Shown here one piece after another: positions 1 through 9,275 of a DNA stretch of 64,000 nt (position 1 is its first letter; every line of letters starts with the position of its first letter). The notes beneath the pieces were generated by a model. The model made no database searches, was not told the origin of the DNA, and was given only the letters and a program-made list of their open reading frames with translations. Made by a program: the position numbers and the translations under genes. Source of the DNA: Escherichia phage vb_EcoM_bov9_1. Location of the stretch: sequence record MT884006.2. One strand, given 5' to 3'.

Positions 1-11
1 AATTTTCCTTA

Positions 12-2189
12 TTAGGCCGCAAGGGCCTTCATAGTTTTAGCGATTTGGGAGACTTCATCATCGCTTAAAGAGCTGCGATAACCGATGAAGTCGGAAACAA
101 TACGGAATTTCTTGGTAAACTCAGCAACCATTTTATCACTGTTTTTTGAAGCATTATTTGATAATACATCAAAAAGATTAGTTACTGTCCAGATGTCATG
201 ACCGATGGTATCTTTTCCACCATTAAAATATACACCGCGCAATGAACTAACTATATTAGCGAGTCGTGTATATTCTTCAGAAACTTCATCGGTACTGAAG
301 TACTTCATCATAAAATCTAGTTCAGGATGCTTGATAATTTTATCAATATATCGTTGAGCTGAACTTGAATAACCTACATACTTATCATAATCTACATCAT
401 CAAAAGCATCTACATATAAATCACGCAAAGCTTCAAAAATACATTGGCACTGACCGAGTTCTTTTACCTTTTTCTGTAAAAGCGGACGAATAACATAAAA
501 TTCATTAATGCCAATAAGATTAGCCATACGAATCAAAATATTCATAGATGGATGACAAAGTGATGTAGTACCATCCATAGAGAAAATATCAGAACGATGC
601 ATGTATGCTACATAACCAGTAATTTCATCTGCTTCTGATGTGAGCGTAAATAATTCCTCTTTTTCCCAGCGCCCGTCTTTAATTTCAAACTTAAACGCTG
701 TGGCAGCTTTAGGACGAGGAGCTTTACTTTTAACTACCTTTGGAATATAGCTTTTAACTAAAGCTTCAATTTCTGACAAATAATGAATGTTAACTTCATC
801 ATTTTCAAACATTGCCATAATATCAGGAAGTAAATCAATCTGTGATTCTACTTCCGGATTAATAAACAGAAGACGCTCATTGTGATGAATATTTAAGGTG
901 TTATTAAATTCACTATCATCTAACGCACGTGCTAATCCACGGACAATATTGACACGATTTTTAATATTATCAATAACGATATTAATTTTTGTTGTATTAA
1001 TACCAAACAGACGATAACTTGATGCAACGGCTGAAGTTTCATGACTTTGCTTAATGCGTTTCAGTCGAGGGTCAAGATTTACTTCATACACAACTCCTGC
1101 ATTGCATAACTTACTGTCAGGTTCAAACATGCTCTGCATCTTTTTATATGACAGATTTTTAGTCGTGAATTTGACTGAATTACTAATCATATAATCTCGA
1201 GCAGAATATCCCATCTTCATCAATTCACGATATGTGTGACGAGGAGATGTAGATTCTTTAAATCGCTTTACATCTTCATTAAATGCTTTCTCACTGAGTT
1301 CTTTAACTCGTTCAATAATATTTTTACGAGTACGATCATCCAGTGAAAGAGCCTCACGAGATGGAGCAATATCAAGTGAACCCATTGGAAACTTAATGTA
1401 ATTCACTTCATTGCGAATGCTTAGCCAGTTACGGTCTCTAATAACACCATCGATAGGATAAACAATACCGCCATAGATAGCATATAATCCACCACGATCT
1501 GGCCAGTATCTTTCTGGATTTACACCGTAATAGTCATCAAAATCCGGAAAATAATCAATTTCGCGGTCAAGACCATTAATGATAGCCAAATCTTTGAACG
1601 GTCGCATGATATAAGAAACTTCATAAGCAAAGTTTCTAAAGTCTTTTTCTTCAACTGGAACTACGATTTCAATACCAGTTTTATCATCTGGACCCATTTC
1701 TTTTACGAATGTAGGTTTAATCTGTGGGCCATCACCATCCATGTAAGCTACATAACCACGAATTTCACCTTTATGATACGAAGTAATACTAAACGTATCA
1801 GTATAACTAAACGGAGATTTAGAACCTAAACCAAATCCGCCAATAAAGTCATTAGATTCGGCTTTAGATGAACTGAAGTATGAATTATACAACCCAGGAG
1901 AATTATCATCACCCTGAATATCAAAATCACTCATACCCGGACCAAAATCTCGACAAACAAATCGCGGATCTAATCGTCCTGGAACTTGAATGATAAATTT
2001 TTCAGGATTTCCATTGAGAGCATGGGCATCAATCATGTTGGTAATCAATTCACGGACTACTGCGCGAATCTTGTTTGTATACAAATCAGATGACAGAATT
2101 TTAAATACTTTAGGAGATGCTGTGATGCTAAATGCTTTTGATTTAGAACCATTACCAAGAATTGTTTCTTTTTCAGTGGTGATAATCAT
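12..2189 (-). CDS. rIIA: rIIA protein (membrane-associated; N-terminal GHKL-type ATPase-like fold)
   Basis: 725-aa ORF; N-terminal motifs [24 protein letters not shown] resemble the GHKL ATPase fold; length and position as first minus-strand gene match T4 rIIA. Confidence 0.9.
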   Translation of the reverse strand: MIITTEKETILGNGSKSKAFSITASPKVFKILSSDLYTNKIRAVVRELITNMIDAHALNGNPEKFIIQVPGRLDPRFVCRDFGPGMSDFDIQGDDNSPGLYNSYFSSSKAESNDFIGGFGLGSKSPFSYTDTFSITSYHKGEIRGYVAYMDGDGPQIKPTFVKEMGPDDKTGIEIVVPVEEKDFRNFAYEVSYIMRPFKDLAIINGLDREIDYFPDFDDYYGVNPERYWPDRGGLYAIYGGIVYPIDGVIRDRNWLSIRNEVNYIKFPMGSLDIAPSREALSLDDRTRKNIIERVKELSEKAFNEDVKRFKESTSPRHTYRELMKMGYSARDYMISNSVKFTTKNLSYKKMQSMFEPDSKLCNAGVVYEVNLDPRLKRIKQSHETSAVASSYRLFGINTTKINIVIDNIKNRVNIVRGLARALDDSEFNNTLNIHHNERLLFINPEVESQIDLLPDIMAMFENDEVNIHYLSEIEALVKSYIPKVVKSKAPRPKAATAFKFEIKDGRWEKEELFTLTSEADEITGYVAYMHRSDIFSMDGTTSLCHPSMNILIRMANLIGINEFYVIRPLLQKKVKELGQCQCIFEALRDLYVDAFDDVDYDKYVGYSSSAQRYIDKIIKHPELDFMMKYFSTDEVSEEYTRLANIVSSLRGVYFNGGKDTIGHDIWTVTNLFDVLSNNASKNSDKMVAEFTKKFRIVSDFIGYRSSLSDDEVSQIAKTMKALAA

Positions 2190-2199
2190 AATTTCCTCA

Positions 2200-2403
2200 T
2201 TAATTCATATTACGCTTAATAACTTCAGCAACTTCTAGTAATTCATCTTTAGTTGCGGTGTCGGATTGAATTTTATCTCTAATATCTTTAAAGCGGTTTT
2301 TAAATTCTTCGGCTTCTCCCATATCGAAAAAGCGTTGAATGATTCTATATTCTCGATGAACTGCTTTATCAAAAAGTTCTAAATTTACTTTATATGATTT
2401 CAT
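2200..2403 (-). CDS. small acidic protein downstream of rIIA (rIIA.1-like)
   Basis: 67-aa ORF co-directional with rIIA, 10 nt gap; synteny with T4 rIIA.1. Confidence 0.55.
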   Translation of the reverse strand: MKSYKVNLELFDKAVHREYRIIQRFFDMGEAEEFKNRFKDIRDKIQSDTATKDELLEVAEVIKRNMN

Positions 2404-2428
2404 TCCAATATCCTCATTTGCCCAATTA

Positions 2429-2458
2429 ATTATACCACATCCTTGTGGTAAAGTAAAC
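2429..2458 (-). promoter_or_regulatory. T4-type early promoter (GTTTAC -35, TGgTATAAT extended -10 on minus strand)
   Basis: plus strand shows attatacca...gtaaac with about 18-nt spacer, i.e. reverse complement of the early promoter consensus; lies between gene 39 stop and the rIIA.1 start. Confidence 0.6.
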
Positions 2459-4278
2459 TACTGGCTCATCCATTCTTTACGAAGGTCAGCATTATCCCCC
2501 ATGAGCATTTCAAAAAGCTCTTTCCAGTTCTCAGGAAGTTTAACAACATCATATACTGGGTTTTGAATCATCTCACGATATTCAGATTTTTCCAAAGAGC
2601 CAAGTCCCTTAATATAACGGATGCTATGTTTAGGTAGAGCATCTTTGGCACTCTCATATTCAGCGACTGTATAAAACCATTCTTGTTTTTTACCGACCTG
2701 AGCGATGATTACAGGAGTTTTGACAAAACGAATTCGTCCTTGCTCAAACAATTCTGGCCAATTACTAAAAAATCCGAGCAGAGAAGGATAAATGCTTCCT
2801 AAACCATCATGGTCAGCATCGGTCATAATAGCAATATTATGATAATTCAAGTTTTCAGCTTTTTCACCAAGAACTAATCCAGTGATTGCGCAAATATCAA
2901 ATAGTTCTTTGTTTTTAAGCATATCAGCATATGACATACCCCAACTGTTGAGAACTTTACCACGCAATGGATAACCACCATGAAGTTCTTTATCACGAAC
3001 ATCAATAAGATATCCGATAGCAGAATCACCCTCGGTTAAGAACAATGTAGTATCAGCATCTTTACCACAAAGATTCGCTTTAATATGTTTATGAACCTTA
3101 GCTTTAGAAGCCTTTTTAGCTGCTTTAGTTTCTGCTGCTTTTTCTGCTGCCAATTTACGAGCCAAGGCAGCTTCAATAATCGGCATTAGAATTGCTTCAT
3201 TATTTAGAATAGCACGTGAAATCTTTTTAGCATCAAGCTGAATATGACTACGGATTTCACCAAATGGAGAAGTCAAACGCTCTTTAGTTTGAGAATCAAA
3301 TCGCATGTTTTTCATATCACGAACAAACATAACGATAGTCAAACATTCTTTAACGCGTGCTTTAGTTACATCAATTTTGAACTTACGTTTGATTTGTGGA
3401 ATAAGGTCTTCACAAATATCATCCATAACACAGTCAATGTGATGGCCACCATTCTTAGTATGAATGTTATTGACGTATGTTAATTGACGAAAACCATCCG
3501 GTGAACGACCAACCGCAATAGAACAATTTTCTTGTTCTTGAACGATAGCATGCTCATCATATTGGCGTGCATATTTCTTAAAATTGCCCTGAACCTTTTT
3601 ACCATTAAAGGTAAATTGAATATCAGGATAAACTACTGCAAGTGTCTGGAGACGATCTAGTGTAATGTCAAGATAAACTTGGGACAGCTCATTAGTTTCA
3701 AATGACATAAAATCAGGAATGAAAGTAACACGAGTTCCTTTCCATTTTCCAGGAATATCTTCCCATGATTTATTTTCCATGCCGTTTGAACAACGAACTA
3801 CAATATTATTTTGACCATCACCAGTTTCACCGACAAACATCACAGAAAAAATGTTTGTCAAACTAGAACCAACACCATTCATACCGCCAGTGACGCGTTC
3901 TTTATCATCACCAAAGTTACCACCTGCTTTTGGAATAGTCCATGCAGCAACAGGACCAGGAATTTCTTCACCGGTAGGTGTTTTAACCATTGCCTGCGGA
4001 ATACCACGACCGTTATCTTCAACTGTTACTTGATTGTTTTTAATAGTAACATTAATTTTATTTGCGAATTTAAACTTAGTACGAATACCTTCATCTACTG
4101 AGTTATCGATAATTTCATCAATAAGCTTAACAAGACCAGGTACATACTGAACACTTTCCCATTTACCAAACAGAAAGCGCTCATGCATTTCATTAGCTGA
4201 AGAGCCAATGTACATGCCGCTACGCTTTTTGATGTGTTCAATATCACTCAGAATTTTAATTTCATTCTTAATCATCAC
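2458..4278 (-). CDS. 39: DNA topoisomerase II large (ATPase) subunit, unsplit gp39 (contains the region that is separate gene 60 in T4)
   Basis: 606-aa ORF; GyrB/ParE-like GHKL ATPase motifs (IIDNSVDE, EDNGRGIP, GGMNGVGSS) followed by TOPRIM-like region (LFLTEGDSA); contiguous reading frame. Confidence 0.9.
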   Translation of the reverse strand: MMIKNEIKILSDIEHIKKRSGMYIGSSANEMHERFLFGKWESVQYVPGLVKLIDEIIDNSVDEGIRTKFKFANKINVTIKNNQVTVEDNGRGIPQAMVKTPTGEEIPGPVAAWTIPKAGGNFGDDKERVTGGMNGVGSSLTNIFSVMFVGETGDGQNNIVVRCSNGMENKSWEDIPGKWKGTRVTFIPDFMSFETNELSQVYLDITLDRLQTLAVVYPDIQFTFNGKKVQGNFKKYARQYDEHAIVQEQENCSIAVGRSPDGFRQLTYVNNIHTKNGGHHIDCVMDDICEDLIPQIKRKFKIDVTKARVKECLTIVMFVRDMKNMRFDSQTKERLTSPFGEIRSHIQLDAKKISRAILNNEAILMPIIEAALARKLAAEKAAETKAAKKASKAKVHKHIKANLCGKDADTTLFLTEGDSAIGYLIDVRDKELHGGYPLRGKVLNSWGMSYADMLKNKELFDICAITGLVLGEKAENLNYHNIAIMTDADHDGLGSIYPSLLGFFSNWPELFEQGRIRFVKTPVIIAQVGKKQEWFYTVAEYESAKDALPKHSIRYIKGLGSLEKSEYREMIQNPVYDVVKLPENWKELFEMLMGDNADLRKEWMSQ

Positions 4279-4321
4279 TTATCCTCGTTTGGTTTCGGGA
4301 ATATTATACTCCGGTAATCAT

Positions 4322-4345
4322 AAAGCTAAAGGCCCGAAGGCCTTT
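4322..4345 (-). terminator. intrinsic terminator hairpin (GGCC-UUCG-GGCC in RNA) with U-tract
   Basis: plus-strand aaaggcccgaaggcctttt immediately downstream of the stop of the 4345..4614 ORF. Confidence 0.5.
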
Positions 4346-4614
4346 TATTTAAAACGAATAGTTGAATCCTTAAAGAACAGCCCAGAACATACTGTTCCTT
4401 CTACTTTCTGCCCAGTAGGTCCAATAGCACGAAATCCAGTATGTTGGAAATCATTTTCAGAACAACCGAACCAATTATATCCAGTGATTTCAATATTAGT
4501 AAAACCACCTGAAGACAAAACTTTGGTTGCATTATCAGCATCAGTACATCCTACTAAAGACACTGCTAATACTAATGCTGCAATAGAACGATTAATATAT
4601 TTCATAATTTTCAC
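4345..4614 (-). CDS. predicted lipoprotein (signal peptide plus lipobox LVGC)
   Basis: 89-aa ORF, N-terminus MKIMKYINRSIAALVLAVSLVGC typical of lipoprotein signal peptide. Confidence 0.55.
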   Translation of the reverse strand: MKIMKYINRSIAALVLAVSLVGCTDADNATKVLSSGGFTNIEITGYNWFGCSENDFQHTGFRAIGPTGQKVEGTVCSGLFFKDSTIRFK

Positions 4615-4982
4615 TTAAATTTAATGGCTTGAAGAAGACTAATAATTCTCAAGCGACTTCTTTCATCTTTAACTGTAAAAGAAAGAGGGTCACCAGATTT
4701 CATAGTAATAGTACATTCAAAATCAAAATCTTCGGAAACTTCTTTGAAGAAGTCAAATTCTTCATCATAAATTAGAACATTACTCTGACAACTATGAAGA
4801 ATTTTTCCATCATTTCCAGATGCTGTACTAATCATTGTAACATTATGACCTTTCATATCTTCAACGATAAATTCACTAGTCAATATTACAGCATTAATAG
4901 AACTATTCCTATTACTAGCAGAAAGTAGATATTTCTGTTCTTCACCTTCACGAATGCAATATTTCTTACCGATTTTAAACAT
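4611..4982 (-). CDS. hypothetical protein
   Basis: 123-aa ORF in co-directional array, 4-nt overlap with the downstream gene. Confidence 0.5.
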   Translation of the reverse strand: MFKIGKKYCIREGEEQKYLLSASNRNSSINAVILTSEFIVEDMKGHNVTMISTASGNDGKILHSCQSNVLIYDEEFDFFKEVSEDFDFECTITMKSGDPLSFTVKDERSRLRIISLLQAIKFK

Positions 4983-4984
4983 AA

Positions 4985-5161
4985 TTACCCTTTAAGTAAG
5001 TCGTAAAAACCACCATTCACATGCTTAGGAGCAGAAGGCCGACGAGTAGACAAATGATGACATTTAGGGCAAACATCATTTTCTCGTTCAGAAATCTTTT
5101 TAATTTTTTCATATTCATGCCCGCAATCTTCGGATTGGCATTTATAATCATACATTGGCAT
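4985..5161 (-). CDS. small zinc-ribbon protein (CxxC...CxxC)
   Basis: 58-aa ORF not in the supplied track (below the size cutoff): MPMYDYKCQSEDCGHEYEKIKKISERENDVCPKCHH...; fills the gap between flanking genes; coordinates hand-derived. Confidence 0.4.
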   Translation of the reverse strand: MPMYDYKCQSEDCGHEYEKIKKISERENDVCPKCHHLSTRRPSAPKHVNGGFYDLLKG

Positions 5162-5163
5162 AA

Positions 5164-5583
5164 TTATTCCTTAAAGTGTGCTTTCAGCATTTGATACAAG
5201 GACCATGCCTGTTCATTATTTTCAATAGTAACTTTCATGACAGGAAATTCTGTGAAATCTTCTATTTGTTCTTGCTCTTCCTGCTCTTGTTCTTCAGCTG
5301 CCTGGTATGGATTTTCCACTTCATCAAAGAATTCAGCTTCGCTAGTAGAAAGCCAAATAAAATCTTCATCCAAAATATCTTTACCGTAGGATAATGCCAA
5401 TCTTCCAGTAGATGTCACAATTTTAGTAGGACGACCAAGATAGTCAATATCTATAACTTTAAAAGGTTCCATACCTAAACGTCGTGCATAAATTCCGTTT
5501 TCAGTATGGTCTTTAATAAAAGCTTCTTGAGCTTGTTTATTTTTAAATTGATACCATTTATTAACTTCAAATTTAATAGCCAT
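5164..5583 (-). CDS. hypothetical protein with acidic [10 protein letters not shown] linker (position and size compatible with T4 goF)
   Basis: 139-aa ORF; assignment by size and synteny only. Confidence 0.5.
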   Translation of the reverse strand: MAIKFEVNKWYQFKNKQAQEAFIKDHTENGIYARRLGMEPFKVIDIDYLGRPTKIVTSTGRLALSYGKDILDEDFIWLSTSEAEFFDEVENPYQAAEEQEQEEQEQIEDFTEFPVMKVTIENNEQAWSLYQMLKAHFKE

Positions 5584-5798
5584 TAATAAATTTCCTTCCA
5601 GTAAGTTGTTCCATCTTCAGTAATTTCACGAAATACACCATAAATTGGTTGTTTATCACCAACCTTTTCATACACATAAACCGAAGTCAAGTGAGTAAAC
5701 TTGATGGTGTGTTCCTTTTGAACTACTACCAAATCTGGATTGAATAATACATCTTCAAATTCGTCATTAGTGCAGTTCTGAACAATTTTACGTTTCAT
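5583..5798 (-). CDS. hypothetical protein (size and position compatible with T4 cef)
   Basis: 71-aa ORF, stop/start overlap with the upstream gene. Confidence 0.45.
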   Translation of the reverse strand: MKRKIVQNCTNDEFEDVLFNPDLVVVQKEHTIKFTHLTSVYVYEKVGDKQPIYGVFREITEDGTTYWKEIY

Positions 5799-5811
5799 TA
5801 CAATTTCCTCA

Positions 5812-6093
5812 TTAATTGAACAGTGGAGCGATGCGTTTCAGAAGAGTAGCAGCACCTTTAGCGAATTTTACATCATGAAAAACAGTTTCTTCTTCCGTTA
5901 CAACACGAGCTTTAATGTTTTCACAATCCCAATTTTTGCGAACAATCTTCAAAAGCTGCAGTAAATCTTTACATTCAGCAATATCGATAACACATCCACG
6001 AGAATCTTCCATTATCGCACGATAACCGTAAGCCATACCATAATCGTTGAAAGATTGCTCGATGATAATTAAGTTTTCCATTTTATTCTCCAA
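5812..6093 (-). CDS. hypothetical protein (N-terminus MENKMEN shared with two other genes in the window)
   Basis: 93-aa ORF preceded by the repeated leader cassette. Confidence 0.5.
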   Translation of the reverse strand: MENKMENLIIIEQSFNDYGMAYGYRAIMEDSRGCVIDIAECKDLLQLLKIVRKNWDCENIKARVVTEEETVFHDVKFAKGAATLLKRIAPLFN

Positions 6094-6178
6094 GTTATTT
6101 TCTGTATCAGTAGTTGATATTGATATAGTACCATAATCAACTACTGATGTATATAGTTTTATGAAAAAATTTTAAACT

Positions 6179-6670
6179 TTATGCATAGCGAGCTTTGCTG
6201 TAGTGTTTAATCCAACTTTCAGGAATGACTTTGTATGTTCCTAAAAATACCGCGTTGTATAACTTAACGCCATCTTCTACCCATTGATCGGTAATGTATG
6301 CACACATAGCGCGAGTACGGTTAACAACACCTTCCTCACCTTCAGTAAATTCAAACTCATAAGGAGCAACGAACTTGATAGCTTGACCGAGTTTCCACTT
6401 AAAGTCTACACCTACATGCGAAGTATCAATCGTTTCAATTCCTTTAGCAGGAACAGCTTTCAAAAACGCAGATTCAAGAAATTTCGCACGAACATAGCCA
6501 AACTGAGGTTTAGACTTTCCATCTTTAGGAATGATACGCACTTTTACTTCAGAATCTTCATCTTTAGCACCGTGTTTAAGCTGAATGCTTACAACTTCGA
6601 CCAATTTTCCTGCTGCTTTAGAACGGGATTTATCAGATACACGAGCAATTTCACCAATATTAATAATCAT
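6179..6670 (-). CDS. motB: MotB-like protein (tandem paralogue 1)
   Basis: 163-aa ORF; size and synteny match T4 motB; shares the segment ITDQWVEDGVKLYNAVFLGTYKVIPESW with the neighbouring 180-aa ORF. Confidence 0.45.
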   Translation of the reverse strand: MIINIGEIARVSDKSRSKAAGKLVEVVSIQLKHGAKDEDSEVKVRIIPKDGKSKPQFGYVRAKFLESAFLKAVPAKGIETIDTSHVGVDFKWKLGQAIKFVAPYEFEFTEGEEGVVNRTRAMCAYITDQWVEDGVKLYNAVFLGTYKVIPESWIKHYSKARYA

Positions 6671-6746
6671 AGTTATCTCTCACTTGTTAAAAAGATTTTA
6701 TACTCCACAGGACCATTATACTCTGGTCCCAAGAGTTTGTAAACTA

Positions 6747-7289
6747 TTAATTCAAAATAGCTACCACTGCACTACGAGGTACTACGCTAAAATCACCTGC
6801 ATGAACAACGTTCAGAAGTTCAACACCATCTTCAATCCACTGGTCTGTTACCCAACCACAGACCGAAATAAATGGGGTCTTAATAGCTACTGCACGAGTC
6901 AAAAGGTCAGTAGGATCAACTTCTTTGAAGAGGATAAGCTCTGCTTCAAAGACTATAGTTTTAATTACTTCATCATTATCTAAGCGTTGTGCTCGAATCA
7001 CATAAGCTTTATTCTTATCATGCCAATTACTTTTTGAAAAACTTTTAACCACAAACTCGCCTTCACCAAAAACATTGGTCAATGCTTTATAACCCAAACT
7101 TAGTTCAGTAGTTTTAATTTCAGTTTCAACCAGTTTGTAGATTTTACCAATTTCGATGGTCCGAGCAGTCATAAAGGTTTCCTTAATTTCTAATGGTTTA
7201 ACAAGAGTGCCGTACATGCTTGCTATATCCATGTCAAGCAGCTTATATACAGGATTCGGTGCGTATTCAGGATTATAATTAAATTTCAT
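6747..7289 (-). CDS. MotB-like paralogue (tandem paralogue 2)
   Basis: 180-aa ORF; C-terminal segment VTDQWIEDGVELLNVVHAGDFSVVPRSA similar to the 163-aa neighbour. Confidence 0.5.
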   Translation of the reverse strand: MKFNYNPEYAPNPVYKLLDMDIASMYGTLVKPLEIKETFMTARTIEIGKIYKLVETEIKTTELSLGYKALTNVFGEGEFVVKSFSKSNWHDKNKAYVIRAQRLDNDEVIKTIVFEAELILFKEVDPTDLLTRAVAIKTPFISVCGWVTDQWIEDGVELLNVVHAGDFSVVPRSAVVAILN

Positions 7290-7291
7290 AA

Positions 7292-7834
7292 TTATCTCAT
7301 TTCAATAAAATCTACAAGTTCAGCATGGGATTTGCGGAACATTACTTGGTGCCCGCCAATGATAACTTGGTCATCTGGCACTTCGTATACAGCAAGATAA
7401 AATCCTTTAGAAGATAATTCTTCACGCTCTTCTCGTGTGAACCATCTCATCATATCATATTCACTAGCGAAAGCAAAATGATAAAGAGCTATAAACCATC
7501 CAGGAATATAATGATCTACGCCTACATATTCTTCTTTCTCAAAGTTAGTATTAATTGCTATATTAGCATTTTTAACTAATAATTTGTCTTCGCGCGGAAG
7601 AGGAATTCTTTTGTTATCATTACTATGATGCATAAAATTAGGTCTATCATAACCTACGTGTAATAACCACTCTTCGCTCCATGAATCTATTATACTCCTG
7701 TATGGCGTTATTTGAACACAAAGATTTCGACGTATTGTTATAGCATCTTCACAATTAAGAATACTAAAAGATGATTCAACACGATAAATTTTCATTTTAT
7801 TATCCTCAGTAGCTATGGTGTTATAATACCACAA
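7292..7834 (-). CDS. hypothetical protein
   Basis: 180-aa ORF with own early promoter upstream. Confidence 0.5.
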   Translation of the reverse strand: MWYYNTIATEDNKMKIYRVESSFSILNCEDAITIRRNLCVQITPYRSIIDSWSEEWLLHVGYDRPNFMHHSNDNKRIPLPREDKLLVKNANIAINTNFEKEEYVGVDHYIPGWFIALYHFAFASEYDMMRWFTREEREELSSKGFYLAVYEVPDDQVIIGGHQVMFRKSHAELVDFIEMR

Positions 7835-7853
7835 CTAACCGAGGAAGTAAACA
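7822..7853 (-). promoter_or_regulatory. T4-type early promoter
   Basis: plus-strand ttataatacc...gtaaac (minus strand GTTTAC-18-TATTAT) just upstream of the 7292..7834 ORF. Confidence 0.5.
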
Positions 7854-7858
7854 ACTTT

Positions 7859-8542
7859 TTATCGTTTTGTTGGAAGAGACAGAGGATCGCATTCTTCCTC
7901 TGACGGAGCATCTTCAAGACCCATAGCATATCGCAAAGCATACTTCATCATCAGGATGTCTTTCGCGCAGTCATGAATAGAATCATGTGCAACGAATCCA
8001 TCTAAAGTTCCCTTTGGAAGAGGACATGTGGTCATATCACGAACAAGCAGAAGTGCTTCAATTCTGGTACGAATATCACGCTGATTCCAGAATTTACAAG
8101 GTTCTAACTTAAACGTATCAAGCTCATTCTCGGAAACGCCGTTAAGACGTTGAATATCGCGAATGAGATCGATTAAAATTGGAAAATCAAATGACATTCC
8201 ACGACACCAACCCTGAGATTTCCAAGGATCGATATTATGCGCATTGATGTAATCATTAAATTTTGCAATACCGTCGATAGTGCTTACATCTTCATCTGAT
8301 GGTGCAATATTTTTTCGAGCTTCAGGAGATTGGTTTTTCCACCATTCGATAGTGCTTTTAGTAAAAAGACGATGTCCTTTTTGACGTTTTAAATCAAATT
8401 TGATTTTAATGCCACGTGAAACTAGTTCATCGAATGTTTCAACAACTTCCGGGTTAGGGTCAAAAGCAATTACAGCCAAATCAATAACAGCTGCTTTTTC
8501 ACCGCTTCCCATTGTTTCAAAATCTATAATAAAATCAAACAT
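7859..8542 (-). CDS. dexA: exonuclease A (DEDDh 3'-5' exonuclease)
   Basis: 227-aa ORF; N-terminal DFETMG exonuclease motif and later HDxxxD-type motif (AHDSIHDCAKD); size equals T4 DexA. Confidence 0.8.
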   Translation of the reverse strand: MFDFIIDFETMGSGEKAAVIDLAVIAFDPNPEVVETFDELVSRGIKIKFDLKRQKGHRLFTKSTIEWWKNQSPEARKNIAPSDEDVSTIDGIAKFNDYINAHNIDPWKSQGWCRGMSFDFPILIDLIRDIQRLNGVSENELDTFKLEPCKFWNQRDIRTRIEALLLVRDMTTCPLPKGTLDGFVAHDSIHDCAKDILMMKYALRYAMGLEDAPSEEECDPLSLPTKR

Positions 8543-8799
8543 TAAATTTTCCTTGCTAAATCGCGAATTTGACCTACAGTATAATCTTGGATATAAACTT
8601 TATTGATAGGCTCATCAATAAATTTTGCCATAGATTCAATGTCTTTTTGTATTTCTTCAAGACTGTATACTATCTTTAAAGCTTTTTCGCGAATAGTAAT
8701 ATTTTCAGGACCCTGATTTTCTTCAATGACAGCTTTAACATTTGTCATAAGAGATTTAAATTGGTACCAACTTAATTCAATCATTAATAATCGCCTCAT
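8542..8799 (-). CDS. small hypothetical protein (member of a tandem triplet)
   Basis: 85-aa ORF. Confidence 0.45.
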   Translation of the reverse strand: MRRLLMIELSWYQFKSLMTNVKAVIEENQGPENITIREKALKIVYSLEEIQKDIESMAKFIDEPINKVYIQDYTVGQIRDLARKI

Positions 8800-9037
8800 A
8801 AAGATAGCTAATTTCGCCTAAAACATAATCATTAATTGTAACAGTTTTCACTTCACCGCAAAAGAATTCTAACGCAATTAAATCTCGTTCAATTTCTTCT
8901 AATTGAAGCATCAACTTACTAGATTCAATTTTTACAGTTTCACGATTTTTACCATGAGCAATTTCATAAATTTCGCTAACTTTATCCTGAAGAAGATAAA
9001 ACTGATCTTTAGTTATTTCCACGAATAGCTTCCTCAA
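8777..9037 (-). CDS. small hypothetical protein (member of a tandem triplet)
   Basis: 86-aa ORF; similar pattern (LEEIE-D ... DY-LG-I) to the neighbour. Confidence 0.45.
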   Translation of the reverse strand: MRKLFVEITKDQFYLLQDKVSEIYEIAHGKNRETVKIESSKLMLQLEEIERDLIALEFFCGEVKTVTINDYVLGEISYLYEAIIND

Positions 9038-9269
9038 ATTTAATTAGTAATTTACAGACACTTTCATCTAATGTAATTACCGTATCTGTATTACTGTGAT
9101 ATGATTGTTTTTCAATTCGTTTAATTGCTAATATAGTATCACTTATAAGATAAAGCTTATGAAGGAGCTCAGCTCCTGTTACCATAACATTAAGATTATC
9201 TTGCTTATTAGTATGCTTCCTTATACCATCTATTAGACGATTTAAATATTTTGAATTGATGTTAATCAT
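9009..9269 (-). CDS. small hypothetical protein (member of a tandem triplet)
   Basis: 86-aa ORF. Confidence 0.45.
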   Translation of the reverse strand: MININSKYLNRLIDGIRKHTNKQDNLNVMVTGAELLHKLYLISDTILAIKRIEKQSYHSNTDTVITLDESVCKLLIKFEEAIRGNN

Positions 9270-9275
9270 ATATCC

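Noticed and set aside
14-32. Hairpin-like inverted repeat aggccgcaagggcct at the left end
   Set aside because: Lies inside the rIIA coding 3' end rather than downstream of the stop; not called as a terminator.
1990-2238. Plus-strand 82-aa ORF antisense to the rIIA 5' end; similar plus-strand track ORFs at 3244, 3811, 3851, 4208, 5176, 6284, 6585, 8400, 9984, 10515 and elsewhere
   Set aside because: Embedded antisense within well-supported minus-strand genes, no SD, low-complexity translations; the only plus-strand ORF I retained is 16217..16417, which is intergenic and has a strong SD.
6086-6170. Copy of the promoter cassette upstream of the 5812..6093 ORF as a functional early promoter
   Set aside because: The -35 GTTTAC is replaced by ttaaac-like sequence; kept only as part of the repeated-cassette finding.
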